This document shows positions 42,001 to 55,715 of a stretch of 64,000 nucleotides of DNA, piece by piece; position 1 is the first letter of the stretch, and each line of letters opens with the position of its first letter. The stretch is from Octopus sinensis (Eukaryota). Location: NCBI RefSeq assembly GCF_006345805.1, contig NC_043024.1, positions 14,508,001 to 14,572,000 of the forward strand, in the 5' to 3' direction. The translations under genes were made by a program, and so were the position numbers. The notes below the pieces were generated by a model. It searched no databases, had not been told where the DNA came from, and saw only the letters and a program-made list of their open reading frames with translations.

Positions 42001-42528
42001 CACTCACAGACAGATATACAGTCATATACAAAATGTGATGTCGTCGTCGTTGTGGTATAAAATGTCCTGTTGACAATAGAAAGATTATTCCTATGAAATC
42101 TTGTATTGTTCTAATCGAAATGAAAATAAAATTTCGTAATAACACTGACCAGCCCTCACATACATATAGTGTGTTTAATAATGTACCTAACGCAGAAAGA
42201 CACACATACACACTGTGAGACATATATACACTCATGCACATACATTCACAGACAGATACATAGTCATATACAAAATGTGATGTCGTCGTCGTCAGTTGTC
42301 ACATATGTATGTGTAGATGTGCATGTGTGTTTAATAATGTACCGTTATATATGTATGTGTAGGAGTGTGTGTATGTATGTATGTATGTATGTATGTATGT
42401 ATGTGAACATGTACATATTTAAGTGTGTAGACGTGTCTGCATGTGTATATGTACATGTAAATGTATGTTTATATACTGATATGTTTGTCTGTTCAAGTTG
42501 TATACATAACTCTTACTCCATCGAAGGT

Positions 42529-42591
<63 letters not shown>

Positions 42592-45500
42592 TCCGAGCAC
42601 ATGATATCAGATCAAGTCACTTGCTATGCAAGTATATCTCTGTAAGTAGAAAGATTATCTCTATGAAATGTTATATTGTTTTTAATCAAAATGAAATACA
42701 TATAGGGTGTTTAATAACATACCTAACGCAGAAAGACACACATACTGTGAGACATATACACACTTATACACTCACACACATACATTCACAGATAGATATA
42801 CAGTCATATACAAAATGTTACAACGTCGTCGTCAGAATTAAAAGTAAAAGTATAAAAGTGAAACAATATATCACATTACAATGTAGATGTTATTTTTTCA
42901 CTTTTATTCTTTGAGTTTTGACACGTATTATGGAACCAGTGCCAATGTTGCATTGCTTTAATCCAAAAAAATTACATGTTAACACTCATGGGGTCTGATA
43001 GTATTACCATATAAAATTTGATTTGATTTGGTTGAGCCGTTTGAGAATGCATTGGGAATAGACAGAGAGACAAAGGATTTTTTATATGTATAGATGAAGA
43101 TTCAGCTTTGAACTGAGCAGCAGATTATGATCTTGGATCATAATCTGAACTGGATAATCAGAACTCAGTATCATATACTGGTGAAAAATCAACTATCAAA
43201 ATTTTGAGATGTTTACTCTTTTACTTGTTTCAGTCATTTGACTGTGGCCATGCTGGAGCACCACCTTTAGTCGAGCAAATTGACCCCAGGACTTATTCTT
43301 TGTAAGTCCAGTACTTATTCTGTCAGTCTCTTTTGCCGAACTGCTAAGTTACAGGGATGTAACACACCAGCATCGGTTGTCAAGCGATGTTGGGGGCGGG
43401 GGACAAACACAGACACACAAATGTATAAACACACACACACACACACATATATATATACATATATACGACGGCTTCTTTCAGTTTCCACCTACCAAATCCA
43501 CTCACAAGGCTTTGGTCAGCCTGAGGCTATAGTAAAAGTCACTTGCCCAAGGTGCCACTCAGTGGGCCTGAACCCAGAACCATGTGGTTGGTAAGCAAGC
43601 TACTTACCACACAGCCACTCCTACACCTATGTTTGTCAACTTTGGATCTAATTTAAAAGAATTTTAGCATTCCCTCATTAATAAATGGGAACACTATTTC
43701 ATGTACAGCAAAAGAACACATTTTCAATGACAGTTATTCAAAAACAATTTTTCATAATTCTCTATCAAAAACACATTAAAATTTCAACCATACTTATCTA
43801 CAAACACTCTCTCTTTCCTTTTCTCTCTATTTCTCAATATTTTTGGAATTATTGTGAAATTCATACGTGTCCAATTTTTAGAATTATCATTGAAAACATT
43901 TTAAATATTTTATGAATAGGGAAGTCATATTCGTTTGTAAATGGTTGATAAAAAGAAATGATTCTTTCCCATTCATAAATTTCTGGCACATATGAGGTGT
44001 ATTCAAGTATCCAACATCAATTTTTTTTTTTGCTCGAAATAATGATGCATGAGCGTTTTGGCCGCTGTGTCCTTCCTGAACATGCACAAAATTTTTTGTG
44101 TTTGTCGGTTGCGCCAGTCACCCACATGTTGAGTACAGACAGGGTGTGCTGTGTGATTTTTCTGTTTGAGCCAAGATGACCGAGCGGATTGAGCAAATAT
44201 ATTTCTTTGTTGCCCACAAGGGGCTAAGCATAGAGGGGACAAACAAGGACAGACAAAGGGATTAAGTCGATTACATCGACCCCAGTGCGAAACTGGTACT
44301 TTATTTATCGTACCCGAGAGGATGAAAGGCAAAGTTGACCTCGGCGGAATTTGAACTCAGAATGTAACGACAGACGAAATACAGCCACACATCGGCATGC
44401 TAGCGTTTCTGCCAGCTTGCCACAGATTGAGCAAATATACTGTACAAAATTCTATCAAAAACTTGGTGATACACAAGCCTAGACTATGGAGAAGATTCAG
44501 AAGGCTTTGGAAGCTGATACCATGGGGAAAACACAAATAAAGGAGTGGTACAACTGGTTTAAAGATGGATGCACCTCAGTGGATGCTGAGCCACGTTGTG
44601 GCAGACCAACTAGCAAAAACTACGAAATGATTGAAAAGGTTCAAGGAATAGTCTATGAAGACTGTCATGTGACTATTAAGGATCTGTGAGCAGCAAAGAA
44701 CGGGCAACTCCACCATGACAATGCTCCTACTCATTTCAGTACAGGGGTTTCTTTTTGGCTAGATATTTCTTCTGAAGGCACAGGAGTGGCTGCGTGGTAA
44801 GTAGCTTGCTTATGAACAACATGGTCCCGGGTTCAGTCCCACTGCATGGCACCTTGGGCAAGTGTCTTCTACTATAGCCTCGGGCCGACCAAATGCTTGT
44901 GAGTGGATTTGGTAGACGGAAACTGGAAGAAGCCTGTTGTATATATGTATATGTGTGTGTGTATGTGTGCTTGTGTGTCTTTTATCCTCCTAGCATCGCT
45001 TGACAACCAGTGCTGGTGTGTTTACATCCCCGTAACTTAGCGGTTCGGCAAAAGAGACCGATAGAATAAGTACTGGGCTTACAAAGAATAGGTCCCGGGG
45101 TCGATTTGCTTGACTAAAGGCGGTGCTCCAGCATGGCCGCAGTCAAATGACTGAAACAAGTAAAAGAGAGAGAGTAATTAAATGTGTAAAACTTCATAAT
45201 ACAAATAAGTTCTCTTTTGTAGTTGCAAGCATATCTGTATCAACGGTTTCTGCAACAGGTTTGTAAACTTAATGCTAAACAAGTCCACTATATGTTTAGT
45301 TAATATAATGAAAGTATTTACCATGTCTCTATGTTTACCTTGTCTGTCACAAAATATAATAAAGTCATTCAGTAATATAATAGATAACATGTATACAAGC
45401 AAGAAATATAGACATTACTTTGAAGCTGTCGGACAATTTGTCTTCTCTTATTCAACATGTTACCTGTAATGACTAATATCATTTAAACATTGAATATGTC

Positions 45501-48500
45501 AGCAGTTAATTCATTCATGATATATTTACTGTTACATTTAAATACAGGTGTGTTTACTTCAAATATTCAGCTTGATTTGTAACAATTAGTGGAATGCTCA
45601 CATCGTAGAATTGGTCATCTGGGATAGCTGGATTATTTGGCCTACCTGTACTACTGCCAATTAAATTCGGCTACAATATTCAGAATTTATTAACATGTTA
45701 TAATATATTTACTGTTACATTTAAATACAGGTGTGTTTAGTGTGCGTGTGTGTGTATATATGTTTGTGTGCCTGTGTTTGTCCCCCCAACGTCGCTTGAC
45801 AACCTATGGTGGTGTATTACGTCCCTGTAACTTAGCGGTTCGGTAAAAGAGGCTGATAGAATAAGTACTGAGCTTACAAAGAATAAGTCCTGGGGTTGAT
45901 TTGCTCGACTAAAGGCGGTGCTCCAGCATGGCCACAGTCAAATGACTGAAACAAGTAAAAGAGTAAACATTTTGATATTTGATTTTTCACCAGTATATAA
46001 TATTGAGTTCTGATTATCCAAGATCATAACCTGCTGCTCAGTTCAAAGCTGAATTTTCATCTATATATATAGATTTACGGATTGATGTTACTTTACAGAG
46101 AGGTATTTTTGCTGAATACCAATAGCTAGTGAGTGAGAATGACTTGTCTGGTGAGAAATTTTTTTACATGAGGTTTTGAAAGGCATAGAAAACCTCCACA
46201 AATCCTCTGGCACCTCAGCAATCCTCTGTATCGTATTCCCCATTTACTTCAATTTATAACCATGATTTGGTGCAAAACTGCATGGAATTTTACATTAATC
46301 TTAACCGCACAGAGTTTTGAATGCTGAGTGCTGCTACAATGGTATATTACACTAATTTGTTTTTGCATCGTTTATCAGCTAAAATGTATTACAGGAATTA
46401 AATTGATATTTATTTTTGGTTACAGGTGTAACAGGTTCAAAAGGTCCTCAAATAGGTATGAACATTTTAATATCAACATATGAAATTTTATATTCTCTCT
46501 ATATATCGGGTTGTCTGGAAAGTTTGTGCCGATTTTTAAAGGAAAGAAAACGGTCAATAAATACTTGCCATTACATTTTTAATCAACCAAATATGAACCA
46601 TTTTGTTGCACAATGCATCTCTATCTTTTCTTTAACTTGAAAATACCCTCTTCCTAGAACTGAGGTGGTTTCATGGCAAAGAATTCATCAAGGTATCTTT
46701 TTATGTCATCCAAGGAATTGAAATTTTTACCATTAAGACTATTCTGCAGAGACCTGAATAAGTGGAAATCTGAAGGAGCAATATCTGGTGAATATGGAGG
46801 GTGGGGTAACACATCCCAGCCGAGCTGCAGCAATTTTTGTTTGGTTCCCAAAGCATCAAGTGCCGAAAATGAACTTTCTTATCTTCCATTTTAAAGGGTT
46901 ACAGAATTAACACAGGTTATAGGAACATAAACCTTCTTCCACGAAAAGATAGCTTAAACTGTGCTCTAAATGGAGGTGTAGTCAAATCCTATTTTATGGA
47001 CTGAACTATGTTCTAAAATAAGTCAAAATGTAAGCTGCTATAAATCGGCATGAACTTTCCGGACAACCCAATATAATGATAACTACAGTTTGCCATGTTC
47101 TACAACATGGAAGCAGTGAGAAAATCTCGCTTTATAATTGGTTGCTTGTGTATGTTAGTAATTACTGTGAAGGCAATGAACATATCGTTAGGATCCTTTC
47201 AATTCCCTTAAAGAATATTTGGCAGAAAGTATCTATGGTTGGCTTAAGAATAACTACATATTTAACGTATCAAATATGAATGGGTGCAAATAGATGGAAG
47301 AGATAGTTTTGGAAAAGACAGAATATAGATTATTAATTCAACTAATAGTAAAAATAGACAGGGTCACATCAAGAAATTTAATCAAAAAGATGCATTGGTG
47401 TTTCGTTGTAGATAAGTTATATAAGTAGAACCTTTAGCACACCGGGCGAAATGCTTAGCAAAATGCTTAGCGAAATGCTTCATCTGCCATTATGTTCTGG
47501 GTTCAAATTCCGCCGAGAACAACTTTGCCTTTCATCCTTTTGGGGTCGATAAATTAAGTACCAGTTACGCACTGGCGCCAATGTAATTGACTTAATCCCT
47601 TTGTCTGTTATATGTACAATAATAATAAAGGACGTTACCATATACATTTTTACAAACCAAGGACGTTATATAGACCTCCTTGACTCAAGTTAGAGAAGGG
47701 GTGCATATTATACACAAGGTTTAGGTTTTCCAGAGGTATAGCTCCCTAAAAATCCCCTGCGTATAATACTCAAGGGTGGACTGTACTCGAGGAGTTACGG
47801 TATACATGTGAGGCATCAACATTTTGTGTAATTATTTGCCACAAAAACTGGTGTATATGACACATGTATAATGTTTCAATTTTACAGTAGCAATTGTTCC
47901 ATTTATTTGTACCAAATGTATATATCTTTAAAACTAAGTCTTCATTATCATCATCATCATTTAACATCCATGATCCATGTGATGGATGATTTGAAAGGAA
48001 ATGATGTTTTTATAACACTAAGCACCATCCGAACAGGGCCGATGCCAGCGCTGCCTTGACTGGCTTCCGTGCCGGTGGCACATAAAAAGCAACAATCCAA
48101 TGATGGCCGTTGCCAGCCTCCTCTGGCCCTTGTGCTGGTGGCACGTAAAAAGCACCCACTACACTCACGGAGTGGTTGGTGTTAGGAAGGGCATCCAGCC
48201 GTAGAAACACTGCCAGATCAGACTGGAGCTTGGTGCAGCCTTCTGGCTTCCCAGATCCCGGTCGAACCACCCAACCCATGCTAGCATAGAGAACAGACGT
48301 TAAACGATGATGATGATGATGATGAATCAGTTGAACTGTTCTATGATAGGAATTGAATAGATATTTATTCTTTGATTGCAGGGACAACTGGTTCTGAAGG
48401 CCCTAAAACTGGTATGGAAATTTTAATATCAATATATGAAATGTCTTTATATGCTAACAATATATAATGGTTATAACCTCAATTTATGATGTTCTACAAC

Positions 48501-51500
48501 ATGGAAGCACTCTGATAATTCTGGTTTCCAAGCTGGTTACTCATGTTAACACTAACTGTGAAGTTTAACACTTTTGTTATCATTTTCTTATTTTCTGTTG
48601 AGATGCTTTGTATTTCTTTCAATTATTTTAAATATAACAAAGAATTTAGTAAAATAACTTAGTTATCATTTAGCTAGTGTTAGGAACATAAATTGTGACT
48701 AAGGTTTGGTGGAAGATTTTAATTCAAAACTTATCAAAAAACAAGACATTTGTACTCAGAGCCAGAGCTGGTTTCAGCTGGGTTGGTATCAAAAGGTTTA
48801 AGAATTGTTTCTCTATTATATATTTTAACCCTTTTGTTACCATATTTCTGTTGAGATGCTCTGTGTTTCTTTCAATTAATTTTAAATATAACAACGAATT
48901 TAATAAAATAACTTAGTCACCATTAAGCTAGTGTTCAGAACATAAATTGTGACTAAGATTTGGTGGAAGATTTTAATTCAGAACTTTTGGAAACAAAACA
49001 TTTGTACTCAGAGCCAGAGCCGGTTTCAGCCGGGTTAGTAACGAAAGGGTTAAGAAGTCCTCATATATTCAGGATCCTTCAATAACATTTGAGTATTCTT
49101 GTTGATAAGGTTTACAAAAAGAATGTAACTACAGATGGCTTTAGAAAAAGGGTAGATTAAAGTCTAAGAATCAAAACCGGTCCAGGCATGGCTGTGTGGT
49201 AAGAAGCTTGCTTTCAAACCACATGATTTTGAGTTCAGTCCCACTGCATGGCACTTTAAGTATGTGTCTTCTCCAATAGCCTCAAGCTGGACAAAGACTT
49301 GTGAGTGGATTTGGCAAATGGAAACTAAATGAAGTCCGGCGTATATATATATATATATATATGTATATATGTGTGTGTGTGCATGGGGGTGCATTTTGTG
49401 TGTGTCTTTGTCACACCACCATCACTTGATGAAAACCAGTGTTGGAGTATTTGTCTCCATAACTTAGCATTTCAACAAAAGTGAATTAATAAAATAGCTC
49501 TTGATGTCAATTCATTCGGTTAAAATTTCTTCAAGGCGACTGGAACAATAGAAACAAAAAAGTACCGTAAATCCTCGAGTATAACCCGCACTTTTTCCCC
49601 AAAATTTAAAGGTCAAAATCCCTAGTGCGTACTATATACGAGGTTAAAAACGAAAAATATTTTCTAAGCAATGTCCGAGTCTCTATTTGCTGTCCGGCAA
49701 TGTTTATTCAGACGCATTTTGTGATGTTGGGCACGAAAATACCTTAAGCTAAGCCTGAAAGCAATGAAGTCATAAAAGAATCATCCATAACTTGCAGTAA
49801 GCAACATTTATTAAACGTTATTACTGTTATTTCTTTATTTTCTGCAAACAAAATGCACAAAAAAGCTACACGTTTGCATTATGTTATATATACAATAATA
49901 ATAAAGAATGTTACCGTATACACTTTTACATACAAAGGACGTTATATAGACCTCCTTGACTCAAGTTAGAGAAGGGGTGTGTGTTATACACAAGGTTTAG
50001 GTTTTTCAGAGTTACAGCCCCCTAAAAATCCCCTGTGTATTATACTCAAGGGCGGACTATACTCGAGGATTTACGGTATACATGTGAGGCATTTCTAGAA
50101 TGGTGAATGAATGAACAGTAGATTAAAGTAGCATTTCTGAAGAGTTGATACTCAGATTGCTACTCCGAGTTAGCTGTTAGTACTACAGTACAAAGGACAG
50201 TGTGTCATTGAGAGTTTAATCACACATAAAAAGCACCATTTAAACTTACTGGTACGTGAAAAACATTTGAGCGAGGTCGTTGCCAGTGCCAATGGACTGG
50301 CTCCTGTGCAGGTGGCATGTAAAAAACACTACTTGGGCATGGCTGTTGCCAGTACCGCCTGACTAGCCCTCGTGCCGGTGGCACGTAAAAGCACCCACTA
50401 CACTCTCGGAGTGGTCGGCATTAGGAATGGCATCCAGCTGTAGAAACTATGCCAGATCAGATTGGAGCCTGGTGCAGCCTTCTGGTTTGCCAGTCCTCAG
50501 TCAAATCATCCAACCCATGCCAGCATGGAAAGCGGAGATTAAACGATGATGACGATGATACTCAATAGTCTATCATTGTAAATGAGTTGTATAGACATAT
50601 ATGCTATTAAACAACTTGAAATATCCATAGACTGTATTACATGAATTTATATCTAACCCTGTCTTTTGTAATGAAATATTCCATCTCGAAATCGATCAAT
50701 GGAAATTGCAGATGTGTTACCAGTGCCGGTGGCATGTAAGAGAACCTTCCGTTTCGCGACCGTTGCCAGCACCGCCCCATTTCGTGTCCGTTGCCAGCCT
50801 CGCCTGGCCCTCGTGCCGGTGGCACATAAAAAGCACCATCTGTTCGTGGCCGTTTGCCAGCTCTGTCTGGCACCTGTGCGGGTGGCACGTAAAAAGCACC
50901 CACTACACTCTCGGAGTGGTTGGCGTTAGGAAGGGCATCCAGCCGTAGAAACACTGCCAGATTTGACTGGGCCTGATGAAGCCTTCTGGCTTCACAGACC
51001 CCAGTAGAACCGTCCAACCCATGCTAGCATGGAAAACGGACGCTAAACGATGATGATGATGATGATGATGATATACATACATTTGGAGTATGTTTTTTCT
51101 AAACAAGTTTATAATAGGAATATTTTGCTCTTTTACAGGTGGAACTAGTCCATCTATTTCAATCACAGGTATGTATATTTAACACTAAATAATTCCTGTA
51201 TTTGTTAAATATTTATATGGAAATTACAGTCTCCCTCTGTAGATTATATTTTACATATGTTGTAGTAATTTCTCATCCTAAATGATTGAATTAATTTGGG
51301 TTGCCTTACTTTGATGGGATTTCATGTATGTTCAATCACTTCTTGATATATAGACATTTATATATTACCATATCTGGGAAGCACTCTGTCGGTTACGACG
51401 ACGAGGGTTCAGGTTGATCCGAATCAACGGAACAGCCTGCTCATGAAATTAACGTGTAAGTGGCTGAGCACTCCACAGACACGTGCACCCTTAACGTAGT

Positions 51501-54500
51501 TCTCGGGGATATTCAGCGTGACACAGAGAGTGACAAGGCCGGCCCTTTGAAATACAGGTACAGCAGAAACAGGAAGTAAGAGTGAGGGAAAGTTGTGGTG
51601 AAAGAGTACAGCAGGGATCACCACCATCCCCTGCCGGAGCCTCGTGGAGCTTTAGGTGTTTTCGCTCAATAAACACTCACAACGCCCGGTCTGGGAATCG
51701 AAACCGCGATCCTATGACTGCGAGTCCGCTGCCCTAACCACTGGGCCATTGCGCCTCCACTATTACCATATCTATTAGACTATCAGATGCTGTTATGCAA
51801 ACATTGTTATAGCTTTCAAATGATACCACCCAACTGGCTACGGAAACAGGCCAACATTTTCCCTGATCAGAAAGTTATTCCGTTGTGGGTTTATCCATTT
51901 AAAGCTGAGTGAACTGAAACAAAGTATTTTCAAGAACAAAATATGTCTCCCAGTCTACTAATCCCTCATGATGTAGTGATTGTGTGGGCAATGCTCTAAC
52001 CACTAATCCATGCACCTTCACATAAATACATATATACTATTTTACTCTTTACTCTTTTACTTGTTTCAGTCATTTGACTGCGGCCATGCTGGAGCACTGC
52101 CTTTAGTTGAGCAAATCGACCCCGGGACTTATTCTTTGTAAGCCCAGTACTTATTCTATCGGTCTCTTTTGCCAAACCGCTAAGTGACGGGGACGTAAAC
52201 ACACCAGCATCGGTTGTCAAGCAATGCTAGGGGGACAAACACAGACACACAAACACACACACCCACACACATACATATACATATATATACATATATATGA
52301 CGGGCTTCTTTCAGTTTCCGTCTACCAAATCCACTCACAAGGCATTGGTGAGCCCGGGGCTATAGCAGAAGACACTTGCCCAAGATGCCACGCAGTGGGA
52401 CTGAACCCGGAACCATGTGGCTGGTTAGCAAGCTACTTACCACACAGCCACTCCTAGTGTATTTATTCGAGGCTGAGCTGTGATCGATATTGGTTAAGTC
52501 TAATTTGAATTTCCACAATGCTTTATGGCTGTGTTTATTTCACCACCACCACCACCACTTGATAACCGGTGATTGTGTGTTTATGTTCCCCATAACTTAA
52601 CACTTCTACAAGTGCAAAAAACAAAGCATGAAATATATGTAGTAATATATTAATACAATGGTGAATGAATAACTGAATGGTGAATGAAAGTAGCATTTTG
52701 AAGAGATGATACTTAGATGATACATAGGCGTAGGAGTGGCTGTTTGGTAAGTAGCTTGCTTACTAACCACATAGTTCTGGGTTCAGTCCCACTGCGTAGC
52801 ACCTTGGGCAAGTGTCTTCTACTATAGCCTCGGGCCGACCAAAGCCTTGTGAGTGGATTTGGTAGACGGAAACTGAAAGAAGCCTGTCGTATATTTGTAT
52901 ATATATGTATATGTATGTGTGTATATATGTTTGCGTGTCTGTGTTTGTTTCTCCCTCCCCCACATCGCTTGACAACCGATGCTGGTGTGTTTACATCACC
53001 GTAACTTAGCGATTTGGCAAAAGAGACTGATAGAATAAATACTAGGTTTACAAAGAATAAGTCCTGGAGTCGATTTGCTCGACTAAAGGTGCTGCTCCAG
53101 CATGGCCACAGTCAAATGACTGAAACAAGTAAAAGAGTAAAAGAGATTGCTATTTCAATTAAGGAAAATCTGTTACAGCTGAGGTACAAGGGACATTGTG
53201 ACACTCCGAGTTTTAATCAAAAATACTCAATCGTCTATCACTGTAAACGAATTGTATGGACATATATTTAATTAAATATCTTGAAATATCCTTAGATTGT
53301 AATACAAAATTTATATCTAACTCTATGTTCATGTAAGGAAATCTTTTATAATATATACATACAAGCAATGGACAGTGCTGAGTTGTCAAACATTTAAACC
53401 AAATTTTCTCAAAACAATTTCTCCGATCATCCCATAGGCCTCCCCCCACCCTTTGAGAAACACTGATTTAACCTAAATTTGAGACACCAGCAAAAGAAGA
53501 AATAAAGATAGACTTTTTTACTATTCCAAGAAAAACAATTTTACAAATGCACGTTCCCACGGCTTTATTGATCGCATTCTCACCTGGAATCGATTTTTGT
53601 AATTTTTTAAAGACTTTTACACGCCCTGATACTGTTGGTATCTACATATCAAATTTGAGTGCAATTGGATGGAGGATGCCCGAGATCCTAGAAGACACAC
53701 ACACAGACAGACAGAATGGATTTTATATAATAGATGTTTGAAGTATGTTTTCTATAAACCAGTTTATAATAAGAATATTTCACTTTTTTACAGGTGGATC
53801 TAGTCCATTTGTTTCATCTACAGGTATATATATTTAACGCTAAATAATTCTTATACTTGACAAATCTTATATGGACATTGCTGTCTCTTTGTAGATGTTT
53901 TATATATTATGTTGTCATGGTTTCTCGTTATAAATGATTGAACTGATTTGGATTGTGTCTCTATGATGGTATTTCATGTATGCTTAACTTCATTTTGATA
54001 TATATACATACTAGCAGTATTGCCCGGCTCAACAGGGATTTCAGGGGAGAGTTTCAGGGAGTCACTGGCGATGTCACGTGATGATCAAAAATCCGGCCTG
54101 CTAAAATTTGGTTAAAGTGATTCAAACTGCAGACTCAATGCAAAATGGTCACATTTAATTCAAAGTGTTAAAAATGCTATGAAAACAATTGGTATGTGTT
54201 CACAAAGTCCAAACGATTAATATGAAAAAACCCTCCAGGCTACATCCCAAAAATTCATTTCTTTGCTGAATTTCTACAATGTTTACGGCGATTCGTTTTT
54301 ATATCTTGATTTTTTTATTTTTCATGCAATTTATGCATGCTTGCACGCATGGTAAACACAGTTCACGTCAAGCAACTGACTGAATAAAGTTCACTATTCA
54401 ATGCATGGGATAAGGCCTAAACAAACACATTATCGATTTTTGCACTTGCGAGATGAATTTCGGAACAGAAATAGCGCAGTTCAATTTTCATTCGCCTAAA

Positions 54501-54980
54501 CTTTAAGTGACCCATTTTTGGTGGTTCTACGATTTGTTGACTAGGAGGAGATGTGCCGGGAAGTTAAACACACAAGTTGAGTTTTATATATATAGATATC
54601 ATGATATCAACGAAACTATCGGATGGTGTTCTACATTGCTAGTCACAATGTGCTTTAAATTGTTTGAGCCACTCCACTGGCTGGGTGAGCAGGACAACAT
54701 TCCCCTTGATCAGAAGAGTCACCCATTTACAGCTGAGCGAACTGAAATGAATTATTTTCCTTAACACAGTGCACTACCTTGACTATGAATGAAACCAATG
54801 ATATAGTGATTGTGACAGCAATGGTCTAACCTCTAAGCCATTGACTTTTTCCTAAATACATACATGTATATATATGTGTGTGTGTGTGTGTGCATGTGTG
54901 CATGTGTGTATGTGTGTGTGTGTATGTGTATATATATATATTTATATATCTATATATATATGTATATATATATGTATATA

Positions 54981-55011
<31 letters not shown>

Positions 55012-55321
55012 ATGTATGTATGTATATATATTTATATATGTATGTATGTATATATATTTATATATATATGTATGTATGTATATATATTTATATATATATG
55101 TATGTATGTATATATATTTATATATATATATGTATGTATGTATATATATTTATATATATATGTATGTATGTATATATATTTATATATATGTATGTATGTA
55201 TATATATATTATATATGTATGTATGTATATATATATATATATGTATGTATGTATATATATATATGTGTATGTATGTATATATATATATGTATGTATGTAT
55301 ATATATATATATGTATGTATG

Positions 55322-55354
<33 letters not shown>

Positions 55355-55674
55355 GTATATATATATATATATAATGTATGTATGTGTATATATATATGTA
55401 TGTAGTGTATATATATATGTATGTATGTATGTGTATATATATATGTATGTATGTATGTGTATATATATATGTATGTATGTTATATATATGTATGTATGTA
55501 TGTGTATATATATATGTATGTATGTATGTGTATATATATATGTATGTATGTATGTGTATATATATATATATGTATGTATGTATGTGTATATATATATATA
55601 TATGTATGTATGTATGTGTATATATATATATGTATGTATATATATATATATAAATATGTATGCATATATATATG

Positions 55675-55715
<41 letters not shown>

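Noticed and set aside
46426-48411. Collagen gene call from Gly-X-Y triplets
   Set aside because: Only three triplets per exon, broken by a tenth residue; too short for a triple helix, and the exons are clearly paralogous to the EVTGT family
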